From NCBI GenBank assembly GCA_023382455.1, contig JAHDVX010000005.1:133861-197860 (forward strand): a stretch of DNA of 64,000 nt, read 5' to 3'. The position numbers were made by a program, and so were the translations under genes. This document shows, piece after piece, positions 38,548 to 47,785 of the stretch; position 1 is the first letter of the stretch, and each line of letters starts with the position of its first letter. Source of the stretch: Flavobacteriales bacterium (GTDB lineage Bacteria > Bacteroidota > Bacteroidia > Flavobacteriales_F > PHOS-HE28). The notes under the pieces were generated by a model. It did no database searches, was not told the DNA's origin, and saw only the letters and a list, made by a program, of their open reading frames with translations.

Positions 38548-39687
38548 ATGGAACGCATCTATCTCGACAACGCCGCCACTACCCAACTGGACCCCGAGGT
38601 GATTGAGGCCATGCTGCCCTACATGCACGAGGTCTACGGAAACCCCAGCGCCATCCATGCCTTCGGGCGCAAGGCGCGGGCCGGCATCGAGCAGGCGCGG
38701 CGCATGGTGGCCAAGCTGCTCCACTGCGCACCGGGCGAGATCGTCTTCACCAGCTGCGGCACCGAGGCCGACAACATGGCCGTGTTCGGCAGTGTGCGCG
38801 ACCTGGGCGTGAAGCACGTGATCACCTCGCCCATTGAGCACCATGCCGTGGAGCATGTGGCCCAAGCGCTGGAGCGTACCAAGGAGGCCGAGGTGCATTG
38901 GCTGCGGCTGCAACCCGACGGCAAGGCCGACCTGGCCCACCTGGAGGAGTTGCTGAAGGCGCACCAGAACGTGCTGGTCTCGCTGATGCACGCCAACAAC
39001 GAACTGGGCACCCGCAACGACCTGATGGCCATCGGCACCCTCTGCCGCAAGTACGGCGCGCTTTTCCACACGGACACCGTGCAGACCATGGGCCACTACC
39101 GCTTCGACCTGGAACAGCTGCCCATCGACTTCCTCACCTGCAGCGCGCACAAATTCCATGGCCCCAAGGGCGTGGGCTTCCTGTACATGCGCAGCAGCTC
39201 GGTACTGCGGCCCATGATCGTGGGCGGGGCGCAGGAGCGCAACATGCGTGCCGGCACGGAGAACATCATCGGCATCGTGGCGCTGGCCAAGGCCATGGAA
39301 GTGGCCTACCGCGACCTCGATGAGCACCAGCGCCACATCCAGGCGTTGAAGGACCGCATGCGCGAGCGCATCCTGGCCAACATCCCCGGCAGCAGCGTCA
39401 ACGGCGACCCAAGCCCCGACAGCCTGTACACCGTGCTCAACATCCACCTGCCGGATGACGGCAAGGCCGAGATGCTGATCTACAACATGGACATCGAGGG
39501 CATCGCGTGCAGCGGCGGCAGCGCCTGCAGCAGCGGCAGCAACAAGGGCAGCCACGTGATCGACGCGCTCTATCCCGGCCGCATGGGCGCCAACATCCGC
39601 TTTTCCTTCAGCAAGTTCAACACCGAGGCCGACGTGGACCGCGCCGCGGAGGTGCTGGAGAAGGTGGTGATGCCGGTGGGGGTGTGA
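38548..39687 (+). CDS. Cysteine desulfurase (IscS/NifS family)
   Basis: [31 protein letters not shown]. Confidence 0.95.
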   Translation: MERIYLDNAATTQLDPEVIEAMLPYMHEVYGNPSAIHAFGRKARAGIEQARRMVAKLLHCAPGEIVFTSCGTEADNMAVFGSVRDLGVKHVITSPIEHHAVEHVAQALERTKEAEVHWLRLQPDGKADLAHLEELLKAHQNVLVSLMHANNELGTRNDLMAIGTLCRKYGALFHTDTVQTMGHYRFDLEQLPIDFLTCSAHKFHGPKGVGFLYMRSSSVLRPMIVGGAQERNMRAGTENIIGIVALAKAMEVAYRDLDEHQRHIQALKDRMRERILANIPGSSVNGDPSPDSLYTVLNIHLPDDGKAEMLIYNMDIEGIACSGGSACSSGSNKGSHVIDALYPGRMGANIRFSFSKFNTEADVDRAAEVLEKVVMPVGV

Positions 39688-39707
39688 GTGGGTCCAGTTC
39701 TTAGTTG

Positions 39708-40244
39708 TCAGATGCCGGTCGGGGGGGCATCCTCCTCCCCGCCGTATTCCGGCCGCAGCTTGTACCCCGCATCAGGCCGCGCCATGTACTCGTCCAAATA
39801 GGCGTCGAAGCTGGGGGTGCTGGGCAGCAGCAGGTACACCGAGAAGAAACATTGTTCCCACGGCGGCAGTTCGGGCGCGGTGTAGGCCACCTCGGCTTCC
39901 AGCAACAGGCCATGGTCCAACATGGCGGCCAGGCTGATGTTCTCGCCCATGGGCAGGTAGCCCAGCTTGTGCCCTTCCCAGTACACGGCCACGGCGTTGC
40001 TGTCGTGTTCATTGCCATGTTCGCGCACCAGGTCCAGCGGGTCCTGCGCCTTCATGCGATGGATCACCTTCGCACCATCGTGGTATTGAAAGCCGCGCAC
40101 GAAACTGTCGAACACGAACACCGAATGGCTATCCTTCGTCCAGGCCAAGCGGTCCTGCTCCTTGGCGCTCAGCAGCGTCCACGGCGGCAACGTCAGCAGC
40201 GCGGTGCCGCCCATCAGGCGCTTTAGGAAGGTGATGCGGTCCAT
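39708..40244 (-). CDS. Stand-alone HIRAN domain protein with a Tat-like N-terminus
   Basis: V.GFQY, L.RE..N.HD.NAVAV......LGYLP; N-terminus MDRITFLK followed by a hydrophobic stretch. Confidence 0.8.
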   Translation of the reverse strand: MDRITFLKRLMGGTALLTLPPWTLLSAKEQDRLAWTKDSHSVFVFDSFVRGFQYHDGAKVIHRMKAQDPLDLVREHGNEHDSNAVAVYWEGHKLGYLPMGENISLAAMLDHGLLLEAEVAYTAPELPPWEQCFFSVYLLLPSTPSFDAYLDEYMARPDAGYKLRPEYGGEEDAPPTGI

Positions 40245-40346
40245 GGGGGGAAGGTAGGGTGATCCCGTGCGCCACCCCGAACCCGAAGATTTCCGGGGTC
40301 TGTCCGTTCCCAAATGCGATCTTCGCAAGGTAGCTTCCCGATCGCC

Positions 40347-40843
40347 ATGGACCTTACCCAATTGACCGATGCTGAACTTGAAGGCCTCAGGAAGATGCCC
40401 AAGCATGTCGTGAACGCTAAGGCCAGGACAGTACAGTACAGAAAGATGGAACGGACCAGCGTAACTACAACATTGTCAGCGACATCGGCAATCAGGAGTT
40501 CATCCTGTACTTGCGCCAGAACTTGCGGCCGGGCATGGAAGATGATTTCTCCTGTGGGCTCCGGATCGTAAGGCGGAACGGCCTTTCCTTGACCCTTTGC
40601 CGGTATAATGGTCCCAGCCATCGCCACAGGAATCATTTGGAAGGCAATGAGTTCAGGTTCAAGGCCCACATCCATCAGGCTACAGGGCGATATATCGATG
40701 CCGACTTACAGCCGGAAGGCTATGCAATTGATACCGACCGGTTCAGAACTTTGAAGGGCGCGCTCCACTGCTTGGTTCAGGATTGCGCTATTTCGGGCTT
40801 GGATACCGAAGCTGATGCACCTACGTTATTCGAAATGCCATGA
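40347..40843 (+). pseudogene. Frameshifted hypothetical gene (DUF6978-like, RYNG..H.H.N...H.H)
   Basis: Removing one ACAGT unit at 40428-40441 joins the 40347 frame to the 40511..40843 frame with no stop codon. Confidence 0.7.
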
Positions 40844-41622
40844 ACCTCGACCTCGATCAGCTCCAATCCAACCTTTGCAAGGCACTGTGCGCCGAGGTAC
40901 AGGTGGTGCCCCGGTCCAAGGACCTGGCCGTGGTGCTTACGCCATTCGAGTTTCCGGACGGTGATGCCTACCAACTCTATCTGAAGGAGTTGCAGGGAGG
41001 CAGACTTCGATTGAGCGACATGGGCCACACGTTGCTGCATCTCAGTTATGAGAACGAGACAGGCAAATTCCGCAATGGCACCAGGGCCAAATTGCTTGAA
41101 CGCATATTGGCCGAGACCGGTGTGGGCGAGGCGGATGGTGAATTTTATGTGGACACCGATCCCGCCGGTCTGGCACCAGCCATTTGGCATTTGGGGAAGG
41201 CGTTGGTGCAGGTGAACGACCTTACCTTCTTGAACCGGGAGCGGGCGGAAAGCACGTTCTATGAAGATCTGCGGGAGCAACTATTCGATCTGGTCCCGAA
41301 TGACAAGATCCAGGCGGACTACATCGTCCCGGAATTGCCGGAGGCCAAGTTGTACCCCATCGATTACCGGATAGAGGGCAAACATGCCCCGCTCTTTGTG
41401 CTGGGCATACCCAATAAGGACAAGGCGCAACTGGCCACGATCGTACTACAACAGTTGCAAGGCCAAGGCGTGGAGCACGAATCGCTCTTGATCTTCGCCG
41501 ACCAGACCGGCCTGCCCCGCAATGTATTGGCGCGCTTGAGCAATGTGGGCGGTGAACAGATCGCCAGCCTGGATGCGGAAGAGGATATCAAGCGTAAGAT
41601 CCTGCGGAAGGTGGCCGGTTAA
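40840..41622 (+). CDS. DUF1828-like N-terminal domain with a restriction-endonuclease-like C-terminal domain
   Basis: TPF.FPDGD...LY.......LSD.G.TL; C-terminal YPIDY; ATGA overlap with the upstream gene. Confidence 0.7.
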   Translation: MNLDLDQLQSNLCKALCAEVQVVPRSKDLAVVLTPFEFPDGDAYQLYLKELQGGRLRLSDMGHTLLHLSYENETGKFRNGTRAKLLERILAETGVGEADGEFYVDTDPAGLAPAIWHLGKALVQVNDLTFLNRERAESTFYEDLREQLFDLVPNDKIQADYIVPELPEAKLYPIDYRIEGKHAPLFVLGIPNKDKAQLATIVLQQLQGQGVEHESLLIFADQTGLPRNVLARLSNVGGEQIASLDAEEDIKRKILRKVAG

Positions 41623-41943
41623 CAAACAGCATTTCAATCCAAGCTCCTATTCCGAGCCTGGTACGTATAGGCCCGGGGCCAGTAAGCATACCTCTACCCT
41701 TATGCGGTCACGGTATTTGAGGCTCCGACCTGACCAATGCTTGGCATGGTTGCGACTGGCATCCTGACCCGCGCAATGAGTTATTTTCCAGTGAACGGCG
41801 AGGATGTGCCCCTGCGCTGCATGGGCTTGCGATGGCAATGGTAAAGCATGGGGGAATCCAGCAAGAGCATCTTCGGGAGTTCACTTTTGCCGGCAGACCC
41901 TGCCCAAGAGCCATGCAGAGGCTGGAATCACTGTGGATCGGCT

Positions 41944-42312
41944 TCACAATGGGAATTTCTTCTCATCCAAGGCATTGGCTGCGATCTGCGCTGCTTGGCC
42001 GAGTTCCTCCGCGCAAGTGGCATTCTTGGTAAATTCCATGGCTAGGACCAGTTGGGCACGTTTCTGTTGATCGTTCATGGATGCCAACAATTTCTCTATG
42101 GCCTTCCGTAGCCTGCCCTTTATCTGTTTTCTGAGCTCCTTCGGACTGATGCCAATTTGCGGCTTGCCTGATCTTTCTCTTTCCTCGTGGTACGCTAATC
42201 CGATCAAATCCTTTTCCGATGGGTCCCGGGCATCACCGGTACCATATTTCTTGCCCCGCACATGGAGGCACACCACTTCATAGGCCATTGCTGCCTTCTC
42301 AATGTTCGTCAT
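41944..42312 (-). CDS. Hypothetical protein
   Basis: 122-aa ORF with lower-GC codon usage and a protein-like composition. Confidence 0.55.
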   Translation of the reverse strand: MTNIEKAAMAYEVVCLHVRGKKYGTGDARDPSEKDLIGLAYHEERERSGKPQIGISPKELRKQIKGRLRKAIEKLLASMNDQQKRAQLVLAMEFTKNATCAEELGQAAQIAANALDEKKFPL

Positions 42313-42348
42313 GACCTCGCTGTTCTGTAATCGTCACCTTTGACTTTT

Positions 42349-42918
42349 CTAAGCCCCTGCGGGCAGGTACGCCGAAAGGGATCCCATGGCCCCTGCAATT
42401 TTTTCCACCAGCGGTTTCGCCACCGCCTCGGATACCATCCCGGCCGCCACCCAATCGCCTACCGTCCCGGCAAACTGCCGTTTCCATTTCCGCTTGCCTA
42501 AATACATCAGATCCTTCAGGTCTTCCACGTCCTGGGCAATGATGCCCTGTCCGTCCCTGATCTGTTCGAGGTCCTTGAGGATCTGGTCCAAGCGATCCAG
42601 CATGGAATCCCGTTCTTCCGGCGTAAAGGCATCCTCATCCACATTCACCCCCAGGCGAGCCAGTTCCTGGTTCAGGAAGTAGCTGTTTTTCGGGTACGCC
42701 TTTTCATACGAACAATTCGGGCTGGTGCAGTTGGTCGCACGGTGTTCCATGATCCATTTGACCTGGTCTTCCAACAGAATGGTGAGAAAGTCGATCCGGT
42801 CTTTCCTGGAGTCGATCTCGTGTGCCGCCTGCCTCGCCTTGGGCAGGTAGTCCTTCGATTCGTAGTAGTTCCTGTTCTTTTTGGTAAACTCTTCAGCGAG
42901 CTGGCGGATGACATTCAT
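42349..42918 (-). CDS. Hypothetical protein (H-x4-C-x4-C motif, helical C-terminus)
   Basis: 189-aa ORF, lower GC, heptad-like C-terminal half. Confidence 0.7.
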   Translation of the reverse strand: MNVIRQLAEEFTKKNRNYYESKDYLPKARQAAHEIDSRKDRIDFLTILLEDQVKWIMEHRATNCTSPNCSYEKAYPKNSYFLNQELARLGVNVDEDAFTPEERDSMLDRLDQILKDLEQIRDGQGIIAQDVEDLKDLMYLGKRKWKRQFAGTVGDWVAAGMVSEAVAKPLVEKIAGAMGSLSAYLPAGA

Positions 42919-43026
42919 GTTTCGAGTGGGTTGACGGCTATTTTGTCAAGTGAGGTTTAGTAAGATATGCCGCAAGGTGCAGCCCGTACACGGTAGTTAT
43001 CCACATCCTTCCCCATCTTCGCCTCC

Positions 43027-45873
43027 ATGCCGCTCAGCCGCCGCGAGATCCGCACCCGGGCCGTCCGTTTTGTGAAGCACTGGAAGGAGGCCGCCAACGA
43101 GGAGGCCGACGCCAAGCCCTTCTGGTACGAGTTCTTCCACATCTTCGGCATCCGCGCACGCACCGTGGGCAGCTACGAAGTACACGTGCGCAAGCTGGAC
43201 AATGCCCTGGGTAAGATCGACTACTTCTGGCCCGGACTGCTGCTGATCGAGCACAAGAGCCGTGGCCGCGACCTGCAGAAGGCCGCCGTGCAGGCCGCCG
43301 ACTACCTCCATGGCGTAAAGGAGCATGAGAAGCCCCGCTACATCATCGTCAGCGATTTTACACGCTTCGTGCTGCATGACCTGGAGGAGGGCAGCGAAAT
43401 CGAACTGGCCCTGGAGGAACTGCCGGAACGCATCGGCCTCTTCGACTTCATCGCCGGCTACGAGGCGCGGCCCGTGCGCGAGCAGGACCCCGTGAACATC
43501 CGCGCCGCCGAGCTGATGGGCCAATTGCACGACGAGCTCAAGGCCTCCGGCTATGCCGGCAAGGAGCTGGAAGTCTACCTCGTGCGCCTGCTCTTCATCC
43601 TCTTCGCCGACGATACCGGCATCTTCGAGCTCGATGCCTTCTACAACTACATCGTGGACCAAACGCGTGAGGACGGCACCGACCTCGGCCCGCAACTGGC
43701 CCGCCTGTTCCAACTGCTGAACACCCCGCCGGAAAAGCGCCAGAAGAACCTGGACGAGCGCCTGGCCGACTTCAAATACATCAACGGAAAGCTCTTCGCC
43801 GAGCCGCTGCCCATCGCCGATTGGAACGGCGGCATGCGCGTCACCTTGCTGGAATGCGCCAGCCTCAACTGGAGCCGCATCAGCCCGGCCATCTTCGGCG
43901 CCCTCTTCCAAAGCGCCATGGACGCCAAGGCCCGCCGCAACCTCGGCGCGCACTACACCAGCGAGGCCAACATCCTCAAGCTCATCAAGCCGCTCTTCCT
44001 CGATGAACTCTGGGCCGAGTTCGAGAAAGTGAAGGGCAGCAAGCCCAAGCTGGACCGGTTCCACAAGAAGCTCAGCGAACTGCGCTTCCTGGACCCCGCC
44101 TGCGGCTGCGGAAACTTTCTGGTGATCACCTACCGCGAGCTGCGCGAACTGGAGATCGCCGTGATAACCGCGCAACTGAAAGGCCAGCAGGTGGTGGACG
44201 TGGACAAGCTGGTGCTGCTGAACGTGGACCGCTTCTACGGCATCGAGATCGAGGAATTCCCCGCGCAGATAGCCCAGGTGGCCCTCTGGCTGATGGACCA
44301 CCAGATGAACCAGCGCATCAGCGCCGCTTTTGGCGAGTACATGGTGCGCATCCCGCTGCGGGCCAGCGCCACCATTTTATGCGCGAATGCGTTGCGTACC
44401 GATTGGCAAAGCCTGCTGCCGGATGGCGAGCGGTACGATTACATACTTGGGAATCCGCCGTTCATCGGCAGTAAACTGATGACCCCTGAAATGCGCGCGG
44501 CCATCCTGCGCATCTTCCCCGGGGTGAATGGCGCGGGCACATTGGATTTCGTGTGCGGCTGGTACGGTCTGGCCGTGCAGTACATGAAGGCACAGCGTGT
44601 CAGGCCGAGCGAAGCCGAGCAGCGTGTCAGGCCGAGCGAAGCCGAGCAGCGTGTCAGGCCGAGCGAAGCCGAGGCCACACGCTGCGCTTTTGTGAGCACC
44701 AACAGCATTACGCAGGGCGAACAAGTGGGCGCACTGTGGGGACCGCTGCTTGCCCAAGGCATCAAGATCCACTTTGCACACCGCACCTTCCGCTGGAACA
44801 ACGAGGCCCGTGGCGTGGCCGCTGTGCACTGCGTCATCATCGGCTTCGCGGATCACGATACGGACAAGAAGCACCTCTTCAGCTACGCCGATGAACGCGG
44901 CGAAGCGGAAGAACAGTTGGTGCGGAACATCAACCCGTACCTGGTGGATGGGCCGGACGTGGTGATCCGCAGCCGAAGCAAGCCGCTTTGCAAGGTGCCA
45001 GAGATCGGCATTGGAAACAAGCCCATCGACGGAGGTAACTACCTCTTCACCGATGAGGAGAAGGCTGCGTTCATCCATTTGGAACCAGCGTCCAAGAAGT
45101 ATTTCAGGCGCTGGTTGGGCAGTGATGAATTCATCAACGGCTGGCACCGCTGGTGCCTTTGGCTAGGCGAAGCGGCTCCAGGTGAGTTGCGCTCCATGCC
45201 GGAGGTGATGAAGCGCGTGGAAGCCGTGCGCAGGTTGCGGCTGGAGAGCAAGAGCGCGCCCACCCGCAAGCTGGCCGAAACCCCGACCCGCTTCCATGTG
45301 GAGAACATGCCGAAGAAGGAATACCTGATCATTCCGGAAGTTTCTTCGGAACGGCGGCCATTCATTCCGATCGGCTTCGAGAACCCAAGTACGCTTGCAA
45401 GCAACTTGGTCAAGATCCTTCCCAACGCATCGAAATACCACTTCGGCATCCTGAGCAGCACCATGCACAATGCGTGGATGCGAGCCGTCTGTGGAAGGTT
45501 GAAGAGTGACTACCGCTACTCCAAGGACATTGTCTACAACAACTTCCCTTGGCCCACCAATCCTACTGTCGCGCAACAGGCGGCCGTGGAGCAGGCCGCG
45601 CAAGGCGTGCTGGATGCGCGTGCAGCGCACACCACCCCTGTCAGTTCGAGCGCAGCCGAGAACGGCAGGGGTGCCAGCCTCGCCGACCTCTACGACCCGC
45701 TCACCATGCCGCCCAACCTGGTAAAGGCCCACGCCGCGCTGGACAAGGCCGTGGACAGGTGCTATAGGCCGCAAGCCTTCGAGAGCGATGCCAAACGGGT
45801 GGAGTACTTGTTCGGGTTGTATGAGAAGTACACGGCGGGGTTGGTGGGGGTGAAGTTGACCAAGAAGATGTGA
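43027..45873 (+). CDS. MmeI-family Type IIL restriction-modification enzyme
   Basis: Nuclease ID.......IEHK, GAHYTS, FLDPACGCGNF, GNPPF, AFVSTNSI.QGEQ, YNNFPWP, SLADLYDP. Confidence 0.93.
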   Translation: MPLSRREIRTRAVRFVKHWKEAANEEADAKPFWYEFFHIFGIRARTVGSYEVHVRKLDNALGKIDYFWPGLLLIEHKSRGRDLQKAAVQAADYLHGVKEHEKPRYIIVSDFTRFVLHDLEEGSEIELALEELPERIGLFDFIAGYEARPVREQDPVNIRAAELMGQLHDELKASGYAGKELEVYLVRLLFILFADDTGIFELDAFYNYIVDQTREDGTDLGPQLARLFQLLNTPPEKRQKNLDERLADFKYINGKLFAEPLPIADWNGGMRVTLLECASLNWSRISPAIFGALFQSAMDAKARRNLGAHYTSEANILKLIKPLFLDELWAEFEKVKGSKPKLDRFHKKLSELRFLDPACGCGNFLVITYRELRELEIAVITAQLKGQQVVDVDKLVLLNVDRFYGIEIEEFPAQIAQVALWLMDHQMNQRISAAFGEYMVRIPLRASATILCANALRTDWQSLLPDGERYDYILGNPPFIGSKLMTPEMRAAILRIFPGVNGAGTLDFVCGWYGLAVQYMKAQRVRPSEAEQRVRPSEAEQRVRPSEAEATRCAFVSTNSITQGEQVGALWGPLLAQGIKIHFAHRTFRWNNEARGVAAVHCVIIGFADHDTDKKHLFSYADERGEAEEQLVRNINPYLVDGPDVVIRSRSKPLCKVPEIGIGNKPIDGGNYLFTDEEKAAFIHLEPASKKYFRRWLGSDEFINGWHRWCLWLGEAAPGELRSMPEVMKRVEAVRRLRLESKSAPTRKLAETPTRFHVENMPKKEYLIIPEVSSERRPFIPIGFENPSTLASNLVKILPNASKYHFGILSSTMHNAWMRAVCGRLKSDYRYSKDIVYNNFPWPTNPTVAQQAAVEQAAQGVLDARAAHTTPVSSSAAENGRGASLADLYDPLTMPPNLVKAHAALDKAVDRCYRPQAFESDAKRVEYLFGLYEKYTAGLVGVKLTKKM
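44593..44684. repeat. In-frame 27-bp x3 tandem of a REP-like palindrome inside the MmeI gene
   Basis: (CAGCGTGTCAGGCCGAGCGAAGCCGAG)x3 followed by GCCACACGCTG; encodes QRVRPSEAE x3. Confidence 0.9.
45633..45673. repeat. Second in-frame REP-like palindrome inside the MmeI gene
   Basis: CACCCCTG-TCA-GTTC-GAGCGCAGCCGA-GAAC-GG-CAGGGGTG. Confidence 0.8.
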
Positions 45874-45976
45874 GTCCGCCCGCGCATGCAGCGCAGGTGT
45901 GGCGGGGTACTGGCAAACCCTGCATCTGCCCTGGCATGAACTTGGCGCGGTCTCGCGGAAGACAAGAAGCATCCCC

Positions 45977-46591
45977 ATGTCCCGTTCAACCTTCATGCCT
46001 AGGATCCATCTCCACGCCGTCCGGCTATTGCTCGCCCTGCTGGCCGCATCGCCCGTAGCGGCGCAATCCGACTTCTGCGACCGCTTGGCCGATTCCGCGC
46101 TGGTGCTCACCACGCAACATGTGCAGTACGACCCGTCCTATTTCCGCATCGCCTACCCCAACGGGGATGTGCCGACCGGCAAGGGCGTGTGCACCGATGT
46201 GGTGATCCGCGCCTATCGGAAGGTGGGCATCGATCTGCAGAGGTTGGTGCATGAGGACATGCGCGCCGCCTTCGACGAATACCCTCGCAATTGGGGCCTT
46301 GCTCGTCCCGACCCCAACATCGACCATCGGCGCGTGCCCAACCTGATGACCTTCTTCAAGCGGCACGGGACCGTTTTGAAGCCGTCCAACGATGCCCGCG
46401 ATTACAAGCCGGGCGACGTGGTGTGCTGGGACCTCGGTGGGGGTATCACGCACATCGGGATCGTATCCAGGAAACGCTCCACGGATGGCCAACGCCCGTT
46501 GATCGTTCACAACATCGGGGCAGGGCAGGTCCTGGAGGATTGCCTTTTCCGCTTTCAGGTGATCGGGCACTACCGCTACGGGAATTTGTAA
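45977..46591 (+). CDS. DUF1287 (YijF-like) exported protein
   Basis: YDPSY..I.YP.GDVP...GVCTDVVIRA.R, D.NIDHRRVPNL, HIGIVS, HNIG. Start is 45977 or 45995. Confidence 0.88.
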   Translation: MSRSTFMPRIHLHAVRLLLALLAASPVAAQSDFCDRLADSALVLTTQHVQYDPSYFRIAYPNGDVPTGKGVCTDVVIRAYRKVGIDLQRLVHEDMRAAFDEYPRNWGLARPDPNIDHRRVPNLMTFFKRHGTVLKPSNDARDYKPGDVVCWDLGGGITHIGIVSRKRSTDGQRPLIVHNIGAGQVLEDCLFRFQVIGHYRYGNL

Positions 46592-46689
46592 ACAAGTGTG
46601 GTACTTGGCGGAAATTCCGGTCGGCATCATTGCATGTACTTCAGGGTACAATTGCCCCCGGAACTGTGGCCAGGGATACATTTGTAATC

Positions 46690-47400
46690 ATGCGGGTCGG
46701 CCTCTTCATCCTATTAGTCGTTTCGGTGGGTGCGGTTCGTGCGCAGCAGCCGGATACCACGGATCTGAAGGCCGACGGTGTGTATAAGCACATCGTTGGC
46801 GTGCATAACAAGAAAGGGGTTTATTCCGGCCATGTGGAGTACTTCGATTCGACTTGGACGCTCCGGCTACGGGGCTTTGCCAAGCGCGGGAAGTGGGAGG
46901 GTCTCGTGGAATATTTCGACTCTACGGGCGTGCTGCAACGAAAGGGCATGGCCCTACACGGCAAATGGAACGGGCTGGTCATCAGCTATTGGGGCAACGG
47001 GCAGGTCTTAAGCGAGACCCCCTTTGTCAAAGGCAAAGCCAGTGGTGTGTTTAAGGCGTATTATGCCAACGGCCGGATGTCCTACACCTTTCCGTACCAC
47101 GACGGGCGCATGTCAGGGGAATGGATGATGTGGGATTCCACCGGTGCCGCCGCGAATGGTGACCTGCTGATCAGGTGGCCTGGCGGTGGTTCCTTGCAGG
47201 TGCATTGCATCCAAGGCCGGCCGGAAGGTAAGATGGTCAGCAAGCGGATGGATGGCCAGTTTGCGGGGATCGGCATATTCCGGTCGGGCTTGCCGGAGGA
47301 TGACCTCATCTATTACAACCGCAACGGCACACCGGTCAGGAAGGACAGCTACAAGCAAGGCCGCTTCGTGAAATCCGTTCCCTTGAACCAGTATCCTTGA
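46690..47400 (+). CDS. MORN-variant repeat (YwqK-like) exported protein
   Basis: Signal peptide; repeated G...G....Y..NG units; TACATTTG -7 element at 46677. Confidence 0.75.
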   Translation: MRVGLFILLVVSVGAVRAQQPDTTDLKADGVYKHIVGVHNKKGVYSGHVEYFDSTWTLRLRGFAKRGKWEGLVEYFDSTGVLQRKGMALHGKWNGLVISYWGNGQVLSETPFVKGKASGVFKAYYANGRMSYTFPYHDGRMSGEWMMWDSTGAAANGDLLIRWPGGGSLQVHCIQGRPEGKMVSKRMDGQFAGIGIFRSGLPEDDLIYYNRNGTPVRKDSYKQGRFVKSVPLNQYP

Positions 47401-47785
47401 TGAGGCCCCGAAAAGCTGGACAACGGAGTCCCACCTACCGAATCTGTCCGTCCCCGAAGGGTCCGCCATGAATCGGAGATCTGGGTAGGCGCGACCCGGC
47501 GGGGACGGGGACAAGGGCGGTCACGTCATTGATGCGCTCTACCCGGCCGTACCGGGGCCAACATCCGCTTTTCCTTTCGTGGAGCGTCTGGTGTTCCATT
47601 CATGCCCGACGCGGCCCATGGCACAGGCATGGTTTGCTTCCTACAAGAGAAGCCCTTGAAGTGATGGTTCCTGCCGCGAATTGCAAAGCGCAATGCGAAG
47701 AGGAAACCGGTCCGCATGCCGGGACATTCCGTGGAAAAGGGGGTGGAGTCGCGGGTGGATGCGTGCTGGCTGCTACTTTCCCACC

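Noticed and set aside
41623-41943. Short ORFs between the DUF1828-like gene and the orphan genes
   Set aside because: No recognisable motifs or consistent coding signal
42931-42949. TTGAC-N9-GTCAA inverted repeat between the orphan genes and the MmeI gene
   Set aside because: Only 5-bp arms and no cognate regulator nearby; cannot be distinguished from chance
42997-43005. Perfect DnaA box TTATCCACA, plus a near match after mnmE at about 28228, suggesting oriC
   Set aside because: Isolated boxes with no cluster or AT-rich unwinding element, and no dnaA or gidA nearby
44593-44673. 27-bp repeats as a possible CRISPR array
   Set aside because: The units are directly adjacent with no spacers, lie inside a CDS, and no cas genes are present
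47420-47515. Interleaved inverted repeats suggesting a structured ncRNA
   Set aside because: Short imperfect stems in GC-rich DNA with no recognisable RNA family
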